Shown in pieces: positions 1 through 12,500 of a stretch of 64,000 nt of DNA. Under the pieces are notes generated by a model. That model saw only the letters and a list, made by a program, of their open reading frames with translations, was not told the origin of the DNA and searched no databases. Made by a program: the position numbers and the translations under genes. Each line of letters begins with the position of its first letter. Within the stretch, counting starts at the first letter, position 1. The DNA is from Heterodontus francisci (taxonomy: Eukaryota), in contig NC_090384.1 of NCBI RefSeq assembly GCF_036365525.1, forward strand, positions 55,549,895-55,613,894. Reading direction: 5' to 3'.

Positions 1-358
1 GAGCTTGTGTTCTAAGGGAATCCAACAGGTTTATAGTGACCAGAACCTCCCCGACTCCACTAAAAGTCTCCTTCCTTTTTCCCTTCTCTATCTGTCTCTT
101 CTTGCGTGTATTTGTGTTTGTGTGTGTGCGCGAGCGAATGCGTGAGTGAATGCGGTTTCAACAAATTCGGGATAAGGTGAGGTGATCAAGAAACAATTGA
201 TTTTCTGTTTTTTAAAACTGACAGGAAAACCTGTCTCTGTCTGTTTATCTGAAAAATAAAATACCAAGTGGCTAAAACCTAATAAAAATACACTTGCTGT
301 GGTCAGGCGTGAGGTTGAACGGTGTGAGCCACCCACATCACACAATGTGGCCATAACA
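1..358 (+). mobile_element. 3' part of an LTR-like repeat
   Basis: Pyrimidine tract, then (GT)n tract, AATAAA and terminal ...CATAACA; the same layout as the LTR ending at 13491. Confidence 0.4.
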
Positions 359-479
359 CCTCTCATAGTTAAAACCGATCTGAAATTATCTGTATCTTTA
401 TTGATATAAAATATATGTCACAGTGTTTTCAGAGTTCACTGAAAAAAAATGGAAAATATCTACTCGGTAAAGTATTTAC

Positions 480-554
480 CTCTTTCAGAGTCAGGAACAT
501 TCTCAAGAAGTGATCTGTCACTATCGTCTTCAATTTCCTTTGGTATTGTTTTCC
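480..554 (-). CDS. NCR3LG1: NCR3LG1-like exon: cytoplasmic tail GKTIPKEIEDDSDRSLLENVPDSER
   Basis: Acceptor ttgttatttaAG|GG, donor AGA G|GTAAAT, 75 nt, phase 1-1, stop-free in the frame set by the TM exon. Too short to appear in the ORF track. Confidence 0.7.
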
Positions 555-3500
555 CTTAAATAACAATGCAGTCAAAAGATATTAGTGAGCACACAAAATG
601 ACCTGAATCCATTGCAGATGAATACAGAAGGTATGAATTGAACAAATACATCATTTTTTTTCAATTTTCCATCATCCACAACATTTTGCTTTTGCACGAA
701 TTGTGACAGCTGGATATGAATTCATGATGTTTTCCACAGTTGAGAACAATAACTGCAGATTGCACCCAACAGTAATTAAGTAAGGAAAAGTATTTTGCTC
801 AATTACTTAGTTGATAGTTAGCTAGACCATTTGTCTCATGGGTGTTTTTTTTACATTTTTCAAGAATGTCTACCACATTCAGGAACAGTGGCCCTGGACA
901 GACAAGCAAGGAAATAGCAAATGGCACAAAGGGAGAGAAGATGCCACAATATCTTATAGCCTGAACTGCAAGCACTTTGTGAAACATTGTGATTTGAGTG
1001 AAACCTCCTTCCGGAGCTCAGTTCTGTGCTAAATCCACAGCAGATTCAATCTTAGACAGAGCGAAAAAATGTAAGATACAAGCTACTCCGATCGACAGAG
1101 CAACACTAAGAGATGCCAAGGACTACACATACAGATTAATAATCTATGATCTCCACTTCTGTGTTTGGAAAATATTACTTTGTACATGTAGTCTTTATTT
1201 TCCTAAACTGCTGCTGAGACAAGTAATAATCAGTACACATACTGTAGTGAACATTTTTAAGTCCCTGCATAGCATCCCACAGCACATTGATGTAATGCTG
1301 CAAAAGGGCTGACAGTTCACTCATCCCTATGATGCTGGTGTAAGATTTTTTTTATTTTTATTTTAGAGATACAGCACTGAAACAGGCCCTTTGAGTCTGT
1401 GCCGACCAAGAACCACCCATTTATACTAACCCTACAGTAATTCCATATTCCCTCCCACCTACCTACACTAGGGGCAATTTACAATGGCCAATTTACCTAT
1501 CACCTGCAAGTCTTTGGCGGTGGGAGGAAACTAAAGCACCCGGCGAAAACCCACGCAGTCTCAGGGAGAACTTGCAAACTCCGCACAGACAGTACCCAGA
1601 ATTAAACCCGGGTCCCTGGAGTTGTGAGGCTGCGCTGCTAGCCACTGCACCGCCAATCTATTTCTCCAATCACTTGTAAACCGACCATATGGAAATCATG
1701 GGCTTTACTGGGTAGACACACACAAAAAGCCCTACTTTAATGTTTAATGAGCTGATGCCATCAGGATGGCCAGACAGGTTTTGTATTATATGGTAAGAAG
1801 TCCTTAGAAAGATTGGTACTCAGTTGCCTAAAATGTACTGGTTAACAGAATGTGAATATTTAGCTTAAACCTATTACACAGGCCTGTCTATAATGACTCG
1901 CCTCATCCAATTGGCTCGGTTGGTAGCCTTCATGGTTTTGATTCATACAGCTGTGGGTTTAAGCTCCACTCCATGACTTGAGCACAGAATCCAGGTGATA
2001 CTTCAGTGCTGTGCTGAGGAAATGCTGCGTAGTTTCAGGTGCAATTTCTAAAACTTGTGTTAAATGAAGGACCTATCTATTTGCTCAGCTGTATGCAAAG
2101 GATCCGATGACAACATTCCAAGAAGAACAGGGTGCTCTCTGGCTGTTGTGAACAATGAGTCTCTCTCAACCCATACAACCAGAAAAAAGCCCAGAATAAA
2201 CTAGATTTATTTCTATTCATTGTTTCAGGAACCTTGCTCTTCCTAACACTTCTTAACTTTGTTATCAATGTTAGAACACCCAGCTGAATTTCGTTGCTTA
2301 CCTGGAAGTCGTGCCGCGAGGGCAGAAAGCAGGAGGCGATCCCACTTCAGCAGCTGGTAAGTCCGGATGTTGCAATTTGCTGGTGGTGGCCAAGTAACAG
2401 GCCACCATCCAAAGAAGGACTGCGGCCCATCCCCAAGAGCTGCTGACCCAATCAGAAGTCTGGCAGCTCAACAACCTCAGCAACGCTACTGCTAGCAGTG
2501 GCCAGTGCTGAGGCTGCAGCTCCAGAATGAGGATGCCTAAAAGGCCAGGTGCCCGCAAAGACATGTAAGTGCCTTTGCAGAAGCTGGGTCTTGGCAGCCA
2601 TGCCTTGTAATCGTGTTGCAGGCGGTCATGGAGCACTGGCAGTGCCGTTGCTGCGAGAGCGGTCATTGTCATCGGGGTACCCCTCCATAGGTCATGGTGT
2701 GCCCATCAAGGAAAACAACTGCCACTGCAATGGTTCCCATGGTTTACCTTGCAGTGTCCCCACACAGCAACCAGATCTCCAGTTGTGTGAAAATTCACGT
2801 GATATGAAATGGCCCATAATTGGCCACTTATGTGATCAGTGGGTGGCTGAACTGCCAACTTTCCCACTGCTGCCAAATGGCAGGGCAGCAGGTAAATGTT
2901 GGACTTCTCTCCAAAGCTTCCCTGCCATTTTGCAAGCCCTCCCATTGCCAGCCTGTCACCAATATCCAGGCTGATTCAGGTCACAGTTAGCCAAACAGTG
3001 AAGGATAGAACACTGCAGCCTCATCTTTATACACCGACAAGCTTTTACTTACAGAGACCCACATTTTCTATCAGTCATCTCCAACAAAAAGCATTGATGT
3101 CATATAAACTCTTTTGTTCTGAATCTCTTCTGTGCATTTTTGTTGAAACCCAAATTCTGAATTTAGCTGATAGCAAAATTTATTGAACAATCACATGGAC
3201 AATTAATTGGCTGTCATCTGCTGCTTCTTCTCCAACTTACATGTGAGTTGTGCTCAAACTCTGCTCTCCCAGTTATTCTGTGCTAATAATAAGCTAATGG
3301 ATCAGTGTTCAAGACTCTTTGAGTGATTTGGCTTTGCTCAATTGTTGGCAGCTTTGTAAGTAATGTTGGTTTTAGCCTGCTGGTTTACTGAACTGCAAAA
3401 TCATTTGTACATGAACCCTATGGGAGTCATAGGCTTTACTGGGTAGATACACACAGAATGCCCTGCTTTAATGTTTACTGAGTTTACTTCCTAATAATTC

Positions 3501-6500
3501 TAGTTCAATGCTTTCTGCAGCCACTTGCAAACAAAAGAACAAAGAACAAAGAACAGCACAGGAACAGACCATACAGCCCTCCTAGCCTGCGCCGATCTTG
3601 ATGCCTGCCTAAACTAAAACCTCTGCACTTCCGGGGACTGTATCCCTCCATTCGCATCCTATTCATGTATTTGTCAAGATGCCTCTTAAACGTCACTATC
3701 GTATCTGCTCCCACCACCTCCCCCGGCAGCAAGTTCCAGGCACTCGCAACCCTCTGTGTAAAAAACTTGCCTCGCACATCCCCTCTAAACTTTGCCCCTC
3801 GCACCTTAAACCTATGTCCCCTAGTAACTGATTCTTCCACCCTGGGATAAAGCTTCTGACTATCCACTCTGTCCATGCCGCTCATAACTTTGGAAACCTC
3901 TATCATGTCGCCCCTCCACCTCCGTCGTTCCAGTGAAAACAATCCGAGTTTATCCAACCTCTCCTCATAGGTAATGACCTCCAGATCAGGCAACATCCTG
4001 GTAAACCTCCTCTGTACCCTCTCCAAAGCCTCCACGTCCTTCTGGTAGTATGGCGACCAGAATTGCATGCAATATTCTAAGTGTGGCCTAACTAAGGTTC
4101 TGTACAGCTGCAACATGACTTGCCAATTTTTATACTCTATGCCCCGACCGATGAAGGCAAGCATGCCGTATGCCTTCTTGACTACCTTATCCACCTGCGT
4201 TGCCACTTTCAGTGACCTGTGGACCTGTACGCCCAGATCTCTCTGCCTGTCTATACTCCTAAGGGTTCTGCCATTTACTGTATACCTCCCACCTGCATTA
4301 GACCTTCCAAAATGCATTACCTCACATTTGTCCGGATTAAACTCCATCTGCCATTTCTCCGCCCAAGCCTCCAACCGATCTATATCCTGCTGTATCCTCT
4401 GACGATCCTCATCATTATCCACAACTCCACCAACCTTTGTGTCGTCCGCAAACTTACTAATCAGACCAGCTACATTTTCCTCCAAATCATTTATATATAC
4501 TACAAACAGCAAAGGTCCCAGCACTGATCCCTGCGGAACACCACTAGTCACATCCCTCCATTCAGAAAAACACCCATCCACTGTTACCCTCTGTCTTCTG
4601 TGACTGAGCCAGTTCTGTGTCCACCTTGCCAGCTCACCTCTGATCCCATGTGACTTCACCTTTTGCACCAGTCTGCCATGCAGGACCTTGTCAAAGGCTT
4701 TACTAAAGTCCATATAGACAACATCCACCGCCCTTCCCTCATCAATCATCTTCGTCACTTCCTCAAACAACTCAATCAAAGTAGTAAGACACGACCTCCC
4801 CTTCACAAAACCATGCTGTACTCGCTAATAAGTTCGTTTGTTTCCAAATGGGAGTAAATCCTGTCCCGAAGAATCCTCTCTAAAAGTTACCCTACCACTG
4901 ACGTAAGGCTCACCGGCCTATAATTTCCTGGATTATCCTTCCCACCCTTCTTAAACAAAGGAACAACATTGGCTATTCTCCAGTCCTCTGGGACCTCACC
5001 TGCAGCCAATGAGGATGCAAAGATTTCTTTCAAGGCCCCAGCAATTTCTTCCCTTGCCTCCCTCAGTATTCTAGGGTAGATCCCATCAGGCCCTGGGGAC
5101 ATATCTACCTTAATGCTTTGCAAAACACCCAACACCTCCTCCTTTTTGATAATGAGATGACTGAGACTATCTGCACTCCCTTCCCTAGGCTCATCATCCA
5201 CCAAGTCCTTCTCCTTGGTGAATACGGATGCAAAGTACTCATTTAGCACCTCACCCATTTCCTCTGGCTGCATGCATAGATTCCCACCTCTGTCCTTGAG
5301 TGGGCCAACCCTTTCCCTGGTTACCCTCTTGCTCTTTATATATGTATAAAAAGCCTTGGGATTTTCCTTAATCCTGTTTGCCAATGACTTTTCATGACCC
5401 CTTTTAGTCCTCCTAACTCCTTGCTTAAGTTCCTTCCTATTTCTTTATATTCCTCAAGTGCTTCATCTGTTCCTGGCCTTCCAGCCTTACAAATGCTTCC
5501 TTTTTCTTTTTGACTAGGCTCACAATATCCCGTGTTATCCAAGCTTCCCGAAACTTGCCAAATTTGTCTTTCTTCCTCACAGGAACATGCTGCTCCTGGA
5601 TTCTAATCAGCTGATGTTTGAAAGACTCCCATATGTCAGATGTTGATTTACCCTCAAACAGCTGCCCCCAATCTAAATTCTTCAGTTCCTGCCTAATATT
5701 GTTATAAGTAGCCTTCCCCCAATTTAACACCTTCACCCGAGGACTACTCTTATCCTTATCCACAAGTACCTTAAAACTTATGGAATTATGGTCACTGCTT
5801 CTGAAATGCTCCCCCACTGAAACTTCGACCACCTGGCCGGGCTCATTCCCCAATACCAGGTCCAGAATGGCCCCATCCCTAGTTGGACTATCTACATACT
5901 GTTTCAAGAAGCCCTCCTGGATGCTCCTCACAAATTCTGCCCCATCCAAGCCCCTAGCACTAAGTGAGTCCCAGTCAATATAGGGGAAGTTAAAATCACC
6001 CACCACTACAACCCTGTTACCTTTACATCTTTCCAAAATCTGTCTACATATCTACTCCTCTACCTCCCGCTGGCTGTTGGGAGGCCTGTAGTAAACCCCC
6101 AACATCGTGACTGCACCCTTCCTATTCCTGAGCTCCACCCATATTGCCTCACTGCATGACCTCTCTGAGGTGTCCTTTCGCAGTACAGTTGTGATATTCT
6201 CCTTAACCAGTAATGCAACTCCCCCTCTATCCTGCCTGAAGCTTCTAAAGCCTGGAACATTTAGCTGCCAATCCTGCCCTTCCCTCAACCAAGTCTCTGT
6301 GTTCGCAACAACATCATATTTCCAAGTACTAATCCAAGCTCTAAGTTCATCTGCCTTACCTGTTATACTTCTCGCATTGAAACAAATGCACTTCAGACCA
6401 CTAGTCCCGCTATGCTCAGCAACATCTCCCTGCCTGCTCTTCCTCTTAGTCCCACTGGCCTTAGTTACTATGTCCTCCTCATTTACTTCACTAGCTGTCC

Positions 6501-9500
6501 TACTGCTCTGGTTCCCACCCCTCTGCCACACTAGCTTAAACCCTCCCGAGTGATGCTAGCAAACCTTACAGCCAGGATATTCGTGCCCTTCCAGTTTAGA
6601 TGCAACCTGTCCTTCTTGTACAGGTCCCATCTGTCCCTGAATAGAGCCCAATGGTCCAGATATCTGAAACCCTCCCTCCTACACCAGCTGCTCAGCCACG
6701 TGTTTAGCTGCACTATCTTCCTATTTCTAGCCTCACTGGCACGTGGCACAGGGAGTAATCCAGAGATTACAACCCTAGAGGTCCTGTTTTTTAAACTTAC
6801 TACCTAACTCCCTAAACTCCCCCTGCAGGACCTCATCACTCTTCCTGCCTATGTTGTTGGTACCGATGTGTACCACAATCTCTGGCTGTTCACCCTCCCC
6901 CTTCAGAATGCCCCCTGTCCGTTCAGAGACATCCTTGACCCTGGCACCCGGGAGGCAACATACCTTCCTGGAGTCTCTTTCACATCCACAGAAGCGCCTA
7001 TCTGTGCCCCTGACCATAGAGATGAAGATGAAAAGGACTTTACCTTTACATTTTTTCTTCCAGATACAGACTCCTAAACACACTGCACAAAGCAACGCAG
7101 CAAAGCCACCAACAATTGGTCCAATTGGTATTTGTTCTGTTAAAATATAAAACATACACAGTTCTTTGAAAACTTGAAACAAATGAATTGTCATTTGCAT
7201 ATATTCATGAGAAGCTATGTCCTTTTCTATTGATCAGGTCAGATAACCCTACAGAAAGTGTGGTAGAAATTGGTGTAAATTCCTTTATGTGAAATGCATG
7301 TAACCTTGATAAATTTAGCAGTGGCACAGCCTGCAACCAACTTCATGTGTATTTGGGCTGGTGCTAAATTAATCGGACCTAAAACAGAAGTCAGTGCCTT
7401 TGCATAAGTTGCTGAAGGTTCTAACCCTTGTTGAAGGGCCCACTCTGGAAAATGTCCTTCCAATGAGCAGAGCAGGTGCCAGCTCTGCCTTGTGAAGAAT
7501 TCTTCAGCAGCCTCTGCAGCTGCCAACAAAAAGTGATTTTTAAAATTTACATTAAAAAAAAGCCTTTCTGAGGCGCTAGGGGGAGCAGGAGTGCCATTTG
7601 AACTCCAACCACACCCAGTCCCAGAGCACAATGACCAACTCCAGTGTGGAGTCCAGAGTTCAGGCATTGTAGCTGCATGTCTGTCCTTGACACTCCCTCA
7701 CTATCTGTGCTCTGCCAAGACAAGCTGCATTATGTAGACTTTGCCTAAACTTGTCAGCCACAAAATATGGAGCTGTGATGTGGTAATGCTAATCTTCCGA
7801 AGAGGAAAGTAGAAAGGCAGAGATTTAAATAAAGAGAAAAGTACACAGAACAACAGAAAAAAGAAAGGGTCACCTTTTTGGACTTCAATAATTGGCATGG
7901 CCATGCAAACAGCAAATGCTACAAGGTGGACAGGACAAAGTTTATACCTTGATTTCAATCAACCCAATTCTCCCACAAATTAAGTTAAATTATTCTGAGA
8001 ATAGAACACAAAATATCAACGAACTCTATTTTTAAAAAGGATTGAAAAAGAGCATTCTATCTAGTAACACTATTCCATTGTGCTGGGAAGATGTATTCAC
8101 ATTAGCATCTGCTGACAAGTATATTGGACGCCTGACCCATTCACATCGTTTGGAGGGCTGGAAAACAACATTGTACATGCACAGATTTGAGCCACAACAG
8201 ATCAGCTGTTTTGCAGCATCCATAGGAACAATGGCCGGAACTTAATGTTGGGGCAGAGGCCCCACCCACTGGCCAAAAAATCAGGGACAAGCCCACCTCC
8301 ACTGAGCCTAGAACCACATCATGATTTTCCGTGGCCCAGGCATTTTATTTGCTTCAGCAAGGACTTCCAGCTCCCGTTTCCAAGAGCTGCTGGCCAATCA
8401 GTGGGCTGGCAGCTCATCAGTCCCAGCAGCGTCACTGGAAACAGTGGCCACTACTGGGACTGCACCCAGCGAGAAGAGCAGTGATGGAAGGGGCCCCGAA
8501 ATTGAGGTAATTGTGCGGAGCCTCACTGCGGTCAATCGGCTGGGCTCCTGTCTGAAGGGAGGGGGGTGGTCACTCAAGAGGGTGGGGGAGGTGCTCCAGC
8601 AGGGGTGGCTTGTACCACTGGAGATGTCCTCCATGGGGCACCGGGTGCCCAATCACGAGGGATCCCCCGGGTTGACAAGCAGGCTGCCTGGTATTACTAG
8701 GTGGCCTATGCGGGTGCTGAAGTTCCCAGCTGCCACTGATAAAATACTATTGGCGGCAGGAGAGGCCCTTACGTGGCAAATAAATGGCCAGTTAAGGGCC
8801 TTAATTGGCCTGTGATGGGTGGGCCATTGTCGTTTCCCCGCTGCTCTTGAAATTGCAGCAGGGGCGGGATGGCAATGGGGATGGCACCCCCCCCCGCCCC
8901 CCAACCCTCCGCCTCCCATTCGATTTTATGCCCCCACCCCAGCCCGCTCCCACGGGGGATGTAAAATTCTGGCCAGTGTGACTGGGGGCCTGAAAAGCTA
9001 ATAATGTCTGCACCAAAAGCAGATGATTGGTAACTATAGACATTATCTGTGAGAAATGTAATGGGAGCTTCACTATTGTAGAGAAATAAATTCTAAGCAA
9101 AACCTGAAATCTTCTGTAACTAGATCTTACCTTCAACCGGGTCAGTGTCCAGTGTAAAATTGCCAAGTATGGTTTTATGCTTCACCACACATCTGTACTT
9201 AGTTCGATCTTCCAATGTTGGTTCAATTCTTAATTTACTGGAAACACTGAATGTTCCATCACTGTTTGTAATTAGAACCTCTGTGGATTGATCTTTTGAA
9301 ATATATTCCATTTTTCCATTTGATACCTTTAACCAACTAATATTGATCTGCTTAGGATAAAATTCCTTAACGTCACATGCCAAAATGGTCTCTGTACCAT
9401 TTGCAGTTGTAACTTCTTGTGCAGACATGCTGACCCTTGGTTGGACTGTGTAAGAGAGAACAGACAATGTAAGTGATTAGTATATCATCCTACATCAAGT

Positions 9501-12500
9501 TACATTTTACTGATTGTTGTTCTGAGAAGCCAGTAAAATCCATCATAGCTTTTGTATCGTAAAAGCTGCTCCACTGCTTCAGTCTTTTACTTCCTCCATG
9601 CAGTTTTCTTTTTTTTAACCTTTTTCCATCTCTATTGAAGATGCTGCAAGGGATGATTTTGTGACCAGTTATTCCCTATCTACATCTATTTTGGGGTAAA
9701 GATGGGATGTAGGAGAAGGGAAATCAGGTGAAAAGACATCCCACCAGATTGCTACTTAATCTTAGCCCTCCAAAACTTCAAGAGCATCAGCTTCACTGAG
9801 ACGAGTGACACCTCAGTCCTCGGGGCTCTATTGGTACAGTCTCAGCCACAAGCCTCCCAACCTCCTAATACTGAAGTAGTTCCACACAAGATGATAGGAT
9901 CATAAATGGAAAGAAAGGTGACGAGGTAGTAAGCATAAAGAAAATAAAGTATGGCAGTACACATGTACTTTGCTGGTAATTCATGCTTTGGTGTATTTCT
10001 TCCCAGGAAGGCATCCTGTCATCACTGCAATATGATAATTAATGTTTGTTATCATCCTGTTCCACTGATAATATCAGAGATATTACAGATTAACTGAATG
10101 GTTGAGAGTATGACATGGGACTGTGAAGGGTTTTATTATGTCATGCAGATTAGGGCATCCTTTACATTGGACGATGATCTCTTGCCAGGGAGCACATGCT
10201 GCTGTCCAAATCCCTTGTTTCTCCTGAGCTTCTGCAAAACCAGTATGGGGTTGGTCTCCAGCCCATTCTTTGTCTTAACCACCTATGTTTGGAAGGTCCA
10301 ATCCCTTTGTATTGGCAAGCTAATAGAGGATGCAACAAACCGCTAGAATTCTGGAGATCCTTACTAAGCTATACTGCAGGGCTTGTCCAGGCATTAGAAA
10401 CGGAACTTGTGAAATTCTATTTCACAATGATTCTGATAGCATCCGAGGCCTCATTGAACTTATTTTCTGCTTCTGTACTGGATTCTGAAATGCCACCCTA
10501 TCACATTACTCCGGTTGATCAGTGCGGGTATCTGCACTGAGAATAAACAAATCATGAATACTTGCCTGGTGTCATGCAGGCCCCCACCTGCCAAGAATGA
10601 GGCACACATTATTTCACCACATGAACATTAAAACTTAAAATTGTGGCTGGGATAAAAAGAGGGCCTATCACAAGGAATTACCAGGCCCCCTTTTTTACAC
10701 ACTAGCAGATAGTGTTGGAACAAAGGAATCAGTCATTGCTCTCCAATACACAGAAGGTGTGGTCAAACCAGTTTAGTCACATGACTAACTGGCAGTATGA
10801 ATCTGGACTTGACACAGAGTGTTTGAAACTCAAAAAGCTCCTGGACTGAGAACATCTTTCTCTTGTCTGCTCCCATCTCATTCTCACAGAACTGAAGACC
10901 CAGAGAAGACACATGAGCCCCAAGAGAGAAACGTCTCCTAAAGTGAACAAGGTTTAAGAAGAAACAAAAACAAGAAATGCTGGAACCACTCAGCAGGTCT
11001 GGCAGCATCTGTGGAAAGAGAAGCAGAGTTAACGTTTCAGGTCAGCGACCCTTCTTCGGAACTGACAAATATTAGAAAAGTCACAGATTATAAACAAGTG
11101 AGGTGGGGGTTGGGCAAGAGATAACAAAGGAAAAGGTGCAGATTGGACCAGGCCACATAGCTGACCAAAAGGTCACGGAGCAAAGGCAAACAATATGTTA
11201 ATGGTGTGTTGAAAGACAAAGCATTAGTACAGATTAGGTGTGAATATAATGAATATTGAACAGCAGCAAGTGCAAACCTGAAAAAAACAAGCTGAAAAAA
11301 ACAGCGGATAAGCAAACTGAACAAACTAAGATGAAATGAAATAAATGCAAAAAAAGATTGTAAAAAATGTAAAAAGGAATGCAAAAAAAAAGGAAGAAAA
11401 AATAACTAAAAATGACTAAAAATGAAAGTAAAGTGGGGGGCTGTCATGCTCTGAAATTATTGAACTCAATGTTCAGTCCGGCAGGCTGTAGTGTGCCTAA
11501 TCGGTAGATGAGATGCTGTTCCTCGAGCTTGCGTTGATGTTCACTGGAACACTGCAGCAATCCCAGGACAGAGATGTGAGCATGAGAGCAGGGGGGAGTG
11601 TTGAAATGGCAAGCAACCGGAAGCTCAGGGTCCTGCTTGCGGACTGAGCGGAAATGTTCCGCAAAGCGGTCACCCAGTCTGCGCTTGGTCTCCCCAATGT
11701 AGAGGAGACCACACTGTGAGCAGCGAATACAGTATACTACATTGAAAGAAGTACAAGTAAATCGCTGCTTCACCTGAAAGGAGTGTTTGGGGCCTGGGAT
11801 AGTGAGGAGAGAGGAGGTAAATGGGCAGGTATTACACCTCCTGTGATTGCAGGGGAAGGTGCCCTGGGACGGGGACGAGGTGGTGGGGGTAATGGAGGAG
11901 TGGACCAGGGTGTCGTGGAGGGAACGATCCCTTCGGAATGCTGACAGGGGAAGGGAGGGGAAGATGCGACTGGTAGTGGCATCACGCTGGAGGTGGCGAA
12001 AATGGCGGAGGATGATCCTTTGGATATGGAGGCTGGTGGGATGAAAAGTGAGGACAAGGGGAACCCTGTCACGGTTCTGGGAGGGAGGGGAAGGGGTGAG
12101 GGTAGAGGTGCGGGGAATGGGTCGGACACGGTTGAGGGCCCTGTCAACCACAGTGGGGGGAAATCCTCGGTTGAGGAAAAAGGTCATATCAGAAGCACCG
12201 TCATGGAAGGTAGCATCATCAGAGCAGATGCGTCGGAGACGGAGAAACTGGGAGAATGGAATGGAGTCCTTATAGGAGGTAGGGTGTGAAGAAGTGTAGT
12301 CGAGGTAGCTGTGGGAGTCAGTGGGCTTATAATGGATATTGGTAGACAACCTATCCCCAGAGATGGAGACAGAGAAGTCGAGGAAGGGAAGGGAAGTGTC
12401 AGAGATGGACCATGTAAAGGTGAGAGAAGGGTGGAAATTGGAAGCAAAGTTGATAAAGTTTTCTAGTTCGGGGCGGGAGCAGGAAACGGCACCGATACAG

